The notes under the pieces were generated by a model. That model saw only the letters and a list, made by a program, of their open reading frames with translations. It was not told the origin of the DNA and searched no databases. From NCBI GenBank assembly GCA_964019425.1, contig OZ025781.1, positions 1,488,001 through 1,552,000 of the forward strand: a stretch of 64,000 bases of DNA, read 5' to 3'. The DNA comes from Flectonema sp. DT1601. Lineage: Eukaryota. A program made the translations under genes and the position numbers. Shown piece by piece: positions 56,093 to 64,000 of the stretch (the stretch's first letter is position 1; each line of letters starts with the position of its first letter).

Positions 56093-58582
56093 ATGAGGCC
56101 TCTTCAAGAACCTCCGGTATGTTCCCCACCGACAAGTACATCGTCACCTACTGAGGATTTTAGAGGTAGTCGACATGCTAATGCTCGTCAAAGAAAAGGA
56201 CTTGGTAGATATCGAAAAGGAAAGAAATTAGGACAAGGAGCATTTGGATCTGTTTATCTTGGAATCGATCAACTGTCAGGTGAGATGGTTGCAATAAAAG
56301 AACTTCAGGTTGACAGTCTAAGCAGTGACACAGAAGTAAGAAATGAATTCGATTTGCTGCGAACTCTACAACATCCAAACATAGTCAGATACATCGATTA
56401 TGAGTTTGTAGAGGATTCGAAACTTAGAATATATTTGGAATATGTTGATGGTGGATCAATGGCTTCTGTTTTAAAGCAATATGGAAACCTCTGTGAGAGA
56501 GTCTGTAGTAAGTACATTCATCAAACAATTCTTGGATTACAATATCTTCATGCTAGTGGAGTAATCCATAGGGATATTAAACCAGCTAATCTTTTAGTAA
56601 ATTCAGCTGCGGAAGTTAAATTGGCAGATTTTGGTGCATCAAAAAAACTACCTGAAGGAACAACAACCCTAACAGAAACAAGATTCGTTGGAACCCCAGC
56701 TTACATCGCTCCAGAAGCAATAAGAGGAAAGCACACCTTCGCAGCGGACATCTGGAGTGTTGGTTGTACTCTGCTGGAACTTGTAACTGGCAGAAATGTT
56801 TGGACTGGATCAATCACGTATGAGGGAGTTACTGATTTCATAAGACAAGTAGCTGCCGATACTGTAATGCCAATTGTTCCTGAAGAGCTCTCTGATGGAT
56901 GTCGTGATTTTATCGATCGTTGTTTACAAAGAGATCCAAATCTCAGAGCCAGCTGTGAAGAGTTAATTCAACACCCATTCCTTGTTGAAGAAACTGATGA
57001 AGAGACTGATGAGTCAGAAATTTATGAAGAAGACGACGAAATGTTTGCAAGTGACGACGAAGAAACAAAACCGGTCATGAGTACTATGGATGCATTATTT
57101 CAAACAACTGACTTAGACTCTACCAATATAGATTATATTGGTTTGGGTGAACCAGTGATAGCTGAAACTAAACCCGCAGCTTTATCATCATCAGGTCCTA
57201 ACTGTAAATCAATGGCAAAATTAAAACAACCTCCGAATGCAAACAGATCACCTCAAACAGCCCTAACCCCTTCAAAAGCTGGTAGGGGTGCTAAACAACC
57301 AAGAGATGGTTGGTTCACACCAATGCAAACACCTATTCAAACAGTTGAAGAACCTCTTGAAGAAGCGCAATCTCTGGCTGGTCTTTTTATTGCAGCACAT
57401 CATTGTAATGATGTAGTCGCGAAAGGATTCTTTCCATCGATTGATAGTAAGAGAGTTCGAAAGGAAGATGTTTTTGATTTTAGTGATACAAATAACCTAG
57501 AAGCTTCCCAGTCAGCATCACTGCGACTTGGAAGTCCTTGTCGTAGAATGCCTTCGCCGCCCTCCTTGTATAATAGCAGACTAGAATCTGGTGTCTTTTC
57601 AGAAGATCCGAAGAGCTATGTGAAAGTTGAAGGAACCCCCGATGGTTTGGTTAAAATTCATTTGGATGAGCTTGACTTTTCTTGCACCAACTCGTTCTCG
57701 TCCTCTAAGGCTTTCACGTTTAAATTTGATGTCTTTTTCAACGAAAAAACAACTCCCCTATTCCTATTTAAAAACATTGGAGTTCCTATCATCCGATCAT
57801 TAATGAAATCGAACACTCCAAACAAGAGAGTTTCCATAACATGTGCTGGCATGCCTTATTCTGGTAAAAGTCAAACTGTTATCGGTACAGACAACGTCTT
57901 TGTCAAGGCTCAAATGGGATTTCTTCCTTATTTAATTAAACAGTTGTATGATGAGTATGGAAAAACACATTCATTTTATGTGTCGTCAATGACTTGTAGA
58001 AAAGGTAAAGAGGGAATATTTGATAACATCCACCACAGACTTATTCAAGGTGTTTCTGATTGGGATATACTCCGACTTAGTGTTTTGGAATTATCTGAGA
58101 CATGGGAAAATGCTCTTGATATTTTAGATCTTTCGAAGTTAGCGTTTTTGGGTGTTAAATCTCCTCACATGCTTGCGATAGAAGTTAGACTGAAGAGCAA
58201 ACCTGACATAGTAGTAGCTACTCTTCATGTTACTCTATTTTATGGAAGACAATGGACCTACTGGTTGAATGGGTTAACACTACTTTGCCATCATTACTTT
58301 GCTTATAGCAATCCATCGTGTTCTTTGAGTCACAGGGATTGTGATTCAGCCCTCGCGGAGTCGTCTCAAATTCAAGAAGATCTTCGTCGCTATACGGCGA
58401 ATGAATTTTTCGGAATAGTTGAGCAGATATACCGAGACCAGAGCTCAATGAATTATATATTACATAATTTTCACAGCTTGGCAGGACACGTCGATGAAAT
58501 CGTTTCTTCGCTGTCCGCCCTTGAATCAGCGACACGGCAGGCACCAAAATTTGCTCCTAGTGTCAATGATGATGAAGAATAA
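56093..58582 (+). CDS. STE11/MEKK-like Ser/Thr kinase fused to a degenerate kinesin-motor-like domain
   Basis: GQGAFGSV, VAIK, HRDIKPANLL, DFG, GTPAYIAPE; C-terminal FTFKFDVFF...ITCAGMPYSGKSQTV...GFLPYLIKQLY. Confidence 0.88.
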   Translation: MRPLQEPPVCSPPTSTSSPTEDFRGSRHANARQRKGLGRYRKGKKLGQGAFGSVYLGIDQLSGEMVAIKELQVDSLSSDTEVRNEFDLLRTLQHPNIVRYIDYEFVEDSKLRIYLEYVDGGSMASVLKQYGNLCERVCSKYIHQTILGLQYLHASGVIHRDIKPANLLVNSAAEVKLADFGASKKLPEGTTTLTETRFVGTPAYIAPEAIRGKHTFAADIWSVGCTLLELVTGRNVWTGSITYEGVTDFIRQVAADTVMPIVPEELSDGCRDFIDRCLQRDPNLRASCEELIQHPFLVEETDEETDESEIYEEDDEMFASDDEETKPVMSTMDALFQTTDLDSTNIDYIGLGEPVIAETKPAALSSSGPNCKSMAKLKQPPNANRSPQTALTPSKAGRGAKQPRDGWFTPMQTPIQTVEEPLEEAQSLAGLFIAAHHCNDVVAKGFFPSIDSKRVRKEDVFDFSDTNNLEASQSASLRLGSPCRRMPSPPSLYNSRLESGVFSEDPKSYVKVEGTPDGLVKIHLDELDFSCTNSFSSSKAFTFKFDVFFNEKTTPLFLFKNIGVPIIRSLMKSNTPNKRVSITCAGMPYSGKSQTVIGTDNVFVKAQMGFLPYLIKQLYDEYGKTHSFYVSSMTCRKGKEGIFDNIHHRLIQGVSDWDILRLSVLELSETWENALDILDLSKLAFLGVKSPHMLAIEVRLKSKPDIVVATLHVTLFYGRQWTYWLNGLTLLCHHYFAYSNPSCSLSHRDCDSALAESSQIQEDLRRYTANEFFGIVEQIYRDQSSMNYILHNFHSLAGHVDEIVSSLSALESATRQAPKFAPSVNDDEE

Positions 58583-59664
58583 TTATAACAACGCTGACGA
58601 AATTATTGTCACCGTAGCAAGGCAAACCTCTCAATACTTTCTTAGAAATCTGGAAAAAAAAAAAAAAAAAAAAAAAGAAAAGAAACTCGCGTACAAACAA
58701 AATAAAAATAAAATAAAAAACTTTCCATCGAAAATAAATTTGAAATTATCGAGAGGACTGTTTTCCGATCTGAGTGTTGTATTAAAAACCTTTTATTTAT
58801 ATATTTTTCTTTTTTTTTTTTTTTTTTTTTTTTGCACCGATAAAGTCTCTTTGTAATATCCTTTATTGAACTAATAAGTTACAATTAAAATATTGGAATA
58901 ATCCTGAAGGTCCTTTCAAACTTTTTTGATTTTTATATTAGGCCTGTTCCAGGAGGAAAGCACGTTTTCTAATTGTGCAAAAAAAAAAAAAAAAAAAATT
59001 GTGTCCGACTTACACTTTTAACGATCAGATAGAATTCCAGCGGACAAAGAAAAGCAAAAGAACTATACAAGCATGTGTTTTTCTTCCGGAATTCAAAAAA
59101 AAAAAATTAAAAAAAAATGAAGCTTTTTCTTCCTTTTTTTCTATTTTCTTAAACCCTTAGTTTTTTTTTTTTGTTTTTTTCAAAAAAAAAAGTAGATATA
59201 ACTTACGCGAGGCGTAGCAACAGGTGGAACACCCGCTAGGCAGCAGAAACCTTGTAGAGTAGAGTTGATTAATATGTCGATTTTACAAACCGCGCTGCTC
59301 TCGGAAGAGGTAGCTTGCACTAATGGCACTTGACGTGCATTCTTTTTACGATTGCAATATTCTTTTTTGTTTTTGTTTCCTCGCTTTACTTCGCCGTTGT
59401 TTTTTGCGAAGCAAAGATGCACTTACGCTTATCAGGCAAATTGCCATACAGATACTGTTGGGTTTGGTTTTGTTTTTTTTTCGTAGTTCCCTTACATCGT
59501 AAAGTGGCTGAAATTGTCAGCAAAATCACACTACTTTTTTTCTCAGATTTATATAAATAAAAACTACAGCTGGAGAGCAAAGAAGATATGAATGCTGTAC
59601 ACAACAATTTTTTTTTCTTTTATTTTTCTAGAAAAGGAGGGGAAAAAAAAAAAAAAAAAAAAAC

Positions 59665-60108
59665 ATGTCAAAAATTGAATGCGCGATATGTTTTGAATCC
59701 TACCAAGAAACAGGAGACCTAATGCCTCACATGCTTCAATGTGGACACACATACTGCAAGCATGACTTGGAAACTATTTTAGAAAACGGATCAATAAAAT
59801 GCCCTGAATGCAGGAATGATAGTGTGACTAAGAAGAATGCTAAGGCTATGGTACCAAATCATACGTTGATACTAATCATAAAAGAAGAAAGACAGTTTCT
59901 GTCTTGTCTACGTCCATCAATACAAAGAAAATGTGTAGCATTCACAGATCCACAACCAGTACTCGATGATTGGACTTGTCGTGTGTGTACTCTTAAGAAT
60001 AATAATTCACTAAATAGATGTGGTGCATGTAACTCATTTCGTACTGGTGATATAAAACGGATCTCAAGGAGAGATGTTCTTGAAGAACTTGTTGGAATGC
60101 GACGCTAA
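59665..60108 (+). CDS. RING-finger protein with RanBP2-type zinc finger (putative E3 ligase)
   Basis: CAIC...CGHTYC..D...CPECR and WTCRVCTLKNNNSLNRCGAC. Confidence 0.88.
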   Translation: MSKIECAICFESYQETGDLMPHMLQCGHTYCKHDLETILENGSIKCPECRNDSVTKKNAKAMVPNHTLILIIKEERQFLSCLRPSIQRKCVAFTDPQPVLDDWTCRVCTLKNNNSLNRCGACNSFRTGDIKRISRRDVLEELVGMRR

Positions 60109-60344
60109 ACAACAAACAATCCTCAACTGCTATTCCAAACAATACTATTGTTGGATAAGCAGCTCAGCTTCTGTTATTGAAGCCTTATTTTGAATCTTGC
60201 CATCAAATTTAAGATCTATTTTTGTGGTTGTGTTTCGTTTTTTTATAATTTAGAACTTTCCTTATAAAAACCTGTTACACAAGTATGTTTTTCGCTTAGT
60301 TGTTGTGTACTTTTATAAATCATAATTCACTAACAGGGAGAAAA

Positions 60345-63300
60345 ATGATTGAAGTTCCAGTTGCGGACTTCGGGGACACCTTCCCAACGATAGTAGAAAG
60401 CGGGGAAGGAGGACCAGCAACAGCACCAGGATGTACTCTTCATGGTGCTATGTATGAGACAGGAAGTAATGTTGCATGTTGTTGGCAAATCCACGACGAC
60501 ACTGTTTCCCTTTGTACACTAGACGTTACGTCATCCACTCCCGTCAGAGGTGGGAATAGACAGATTCGAAGATTAAGATTTGGAGGTGTCGTCCTACCAA
60601 AACCGATCCTTTTCAAAGTCAAAGACGGCCATCGACTACTTCTATGCACCGCCAAGGGTGACTTAAAAATGGTAAACATGAGAATAGCACCTGACGGCAC
60701 AATTGATATCCCACAAGCACCTTTTAAAACTGTACAGTTACCAAATACACAAAGAGTATCAGGATGTATATTTGTACCAAGGGGTGACAGTGCATCAACA
60801 TTATGGGGATTCATTGGTTGTAGTAGTTGGGAAAAGGACACAGATACCCTGACTGAAATAAAAGTAATTCAAATACCTACGAGTGGTAGTATGTTAGAGT
60901 ATAAAGAACAACAACCACTTCGTTTTAGTAGTGTGTTGTGGAAGCGTGGTAAGCAGGCGACTACATTCACAGCTGTTCAAGACCCAAGGCATGCTGAATC
61001 AGCTTTATTAATAACATTAGAGGTAACTGAAGCTGTTGTGTATCAAATTAATGGATCAGGAAGCCCTCATGAGATTGCTAAGTTTCCAATCCCAGCCAAC
61101 TCGCCTGAGTCAACACCGACTGATGTGAACGCATCAGTGATTGATGGTAAGTTAGTAATGGCAATATCATACACTGGATTACAACCTTGTGTTTCTCTCT
61201 TTAGAGTGAACCTTCAGTCGTCTACTACTGATCATGTTAGAACTGTTATGTGTCCGCATGATCAAGATTCTGATTTGTCCTTTTCTGGTAAAAGAAAAGT
61301 TCGCATTCGAATCCGTACCTCCTCATCAGCAATCTACATAGTCTGGCAGACAGATAATGTAATCCGTGAACAGGGTATTAATATTCCTTTGTTATTCGCT
61401 GCGCTTACTCCTGAACCACAGAGGAGTCAATTTATTATTTCTTGTGTTCCTCTATCTGGTCAAGTCACAAATGTAAAACATTGGGAAGTAGTGGACCTCT
61501 CTTCTGCCACAAGAACGTCATTGATGTTGGGACAAAATGCTGCATTTGGAAATGCATCGGAGGTTGGACTTTGTATTGTTGATGGTAAACTATTGAACAA
61601 GAGTGATATTTGTGTTATATTAAGACCAGGTGGACTTTCAGTACTGAGACAAGCCACACCAATTGAGACAGAAGTAGTAGTAGCCATTCCAGAGATTGAG
61701 AGCCAACGTGAAGTCGATTCAATTTCTCAAAATCTCATTCATCCATACATATCATACAGCAGATGTATTGATGATAACAGCTCTAGTCCCGACCTAAGTT
61801 GCAAAAGCTCTGATGACGTCGCACTGTTATCAGCATGGAGACAGTCAGACACATTACTTAGTATAGCTGCTCCTATCATTGATACTTATTTACCAAAACT
61901 GATGAACGCGTCTTCAGATGATCTCCCTGTTATCTTACAGGGGATTGAAAGACAATTATATTGTGTTTGTTCAAGAGATAGGGTTGCTGAATCATGTCAT
62001 GCTGATATAGAATCCATCAACAGGATAACTGATGTTTTACTTAAAAAGATTAAAGGCGGTTGTACCAGTTTAGGAACAAAATCCGTTCCTATTGTTGCTG
62101 CTCCTGGAACTAGTTGTCAAGTAGCATTTGTGTTATTGGTATTATCACTTCATGCGGCTGTGTTGGCATCAGTCTCTGCAAGTTTAGATCCAAATCATGA
62201 TTCACAAAGATTGTGTACTGCCATTGATAATGTTGTTCTGCATGCTCATACACACGCTACGATGTCTGTTTTTGTTGGTTGTCCAGTTTTCAGCGCATTC
62301 ATGGCTGAGCTTCGACCTACTGCTGCCAGTGAGATATTCGTTACAATAAGAGATGCTGTGTGGCACCTACTCTCTCTGTCTGATTATGTTGGAGGTTCAT
62401 CTGACATCTCACCATCAACTCTCATTAATATGATGAGTACCGCTCCTATTCAGATAATTCCATTCTTAAGAGATTTACTTAGCGTTGGTAACTCTGAATT
62501 ATCAAAAGAAGTTCAGGGTCTGGTTGTTACTCACCTACACGCTATTGCTAAGTTCGCGCACAGTGATCAAAACACTCCATCAAATTTCAATGACGTGTCG
62601 AGAATGATTGAATTTCTTTCTGGAGAGGACCAACGTAACTTCATTAGTTACATTTATAAAAGTGTCGCTCAACCGAACGTAACAGGTCTGAGTGTGCCAT
62701 GTTGGTATGAAGTACCTGGACTGCCATGTGATCCAGCTATCGCTTACTTGTTTTTATCTGCAAAAGCGTTAGCTCAAAACGGATCTCCTGTTCATGTTGC
62801 AGCAGCAGTAGCGATTATGCCTCCTGTTGAACGATTACTCAGTGGAATACCAATGTGGACAACAGAAGACTGGGATCTCCTAATGAAAGTTAATAAATGG
62901 AAAGTTGAAAGTTCTATTGATAAATGCAGCAAACCAGTTCATTTAGTAAGCTCGTCAGAAGCCTTTCAAAGCGACAGAAGCACCCGATGGGACTTTGCTG
63001 CCAGAACAGTTCTGCAATGTCCAGATCCTAAAGAGCTTGAACAGAGATTATCACTCTTTGTTGATGCGGCATTACAGGCTGGTGGTAGAGCTATGCAGAG
63101 ATTTTTGATTATGAACTGGTCTCCTGTTCTCCGATCACCTATTAAATGTGAGATTACTTCCAGTGGAAATGTAGGAACTGAGACAACGATAACAATTAAA
63201 TTACCATCAAACAGAAAACAGATAACTGACTGTTGTCTAATTCTATCACCTATACCGACTGGTTACATGACTGGTTCAGGAATGGGACTAAATTTGAAAA

Positions 63301-64000
63301 TAGGTCAGAACGCGGAGCAAGTCCTTGGAAGTTTTATAAAAGTGTGGACACAACCAGGGATTGACACGTACGAGTTATCATTCACAGCTGTGTTACCCGA
63401 CGCGTCACCTAATGAGTTACGAGAATTTAACATTATCGTTGGTTATCCTGGAATGTTACCATCGGTTCTCTGTTGTAGTTGCACACCATCATCACCTGTT
63501 TCACCGGAACGTAACTATGCACATTCATTGCAACCTGACGTTATTATTTCTCGATTGTTGTGGTCGAAGGGTGCTGACAAAACTATTCACGAACTCATCA
63601 CACGCGATAACGTTCCGAATTATTATATTATGTTAGTTCAGGTGTGTTGAATGATCTTTTTACTTTTTTTTTTCCTTTTTACGGAAGGTGTTATGTCTGG
63701 AGCAACCCATTAAAACAAAAAAAACAAAAAAAAAAACAGTTCCTCGTCCACAGAAACGAATTCCGTTGCGCAGCGAGAGTAAACTACAGAATAGCTGAAA
63801 GGATAAGGTTTGATAATTTATTATTGTTTATAATGTGAGAAAGATATCAATATCCAAATTATAATAAATGAAATTTTCATTTTTTTTTGTGCGCAACTGG
63901 TACAACAACAACAACAACAACGATCATAACAATCATAACAACAACAACGATCATAATAATCTCCAAAACAGAAACGCTCCAAGAGCTGATATCTATGAAC
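60345..64000 (+). CDS. NUP160: Nup160-like nucleoporin, 3'-truncated by the window; exons 60345-63641, 63740-63807, 63972->64000
   Basis: Beta-rich N-terminus followed by a helical region. Spliced NYYIMLVQ|FLVHRNEFRCAARVNYRIAERI resembles the Nup160 'NYYxxLYAFHxxRxNYRxA' segment; the frame stays open through two introns. Confidence 0.65.

Noticed and set aside
177..61687. Minus-strand ORFs overlapping long + strand genes
   Set aside because: They are antisense shadows of real CDSs, and none has recognisable motifs.
1..64000. tRNA, snRNA or complete rRNA genes and intact transposon ORFs
   Set aside because: No cloverleaf/T-loop signature, snRNA motif, or RT/transposase motif was recognised by eye; a tRNAscan/Infernal run would be needed to exclude them.

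Overview
This is AT-rich eukaryotic (protist) genomic DNA with about 27 protein-coding genes, all on the + strand. The genes are separated by spacers rich in poly(A)/poly(T) tracts and interrupted by 22 short GT-AG introns (61-164 nt) that I reconstructed by hand from reading-frame continuity. The single-strand gene array, AG acceptors just upstream of start codons and the gene content suggest a polycistronic, trans-splicing euglenozoan, most plausibly a diplonemid. That assignment is an inference, not a database result. Recognisable genes include two STE11/MEKK-type kinases (one tail-anchored, one fused to a degenerate kinesin motor), a signal-peptide + KDEL EEP-family hydrolase, PUS7, PUS1, cysteinyl-tRNA synthetase, SmB, a thioredoxin-like protein, a polyQ gelsolin-repeat protein, centrin-3, a soluble five-domain adenylate cyclase, a PfkB kinase, CAF-1 subunit B, a RING/RanBP2-ZnF protein and a Nup160-like gene that runs off the window. 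The most notable signals are: (1) a hammerhead-ribozyme core at 6841-6912 whose predicted substrate strand is nested inside the stem II loop; (2) cis-introns with no polypyrimidine tract, T-rich 5' halves and A-rich 3' halves, contrasting with mostly pyrimidine-rich putative trans-splice acceptors; (3) an in-frame, AUG-less, mitochondrial-presequence-like extension on CysRS between two AG acceptors; (4) a three-exon 59-aa acylated zinc-finger microprotein missed by the ORF track; and (5) a dispersed repeat and an orphan LSU rRNA fragment.
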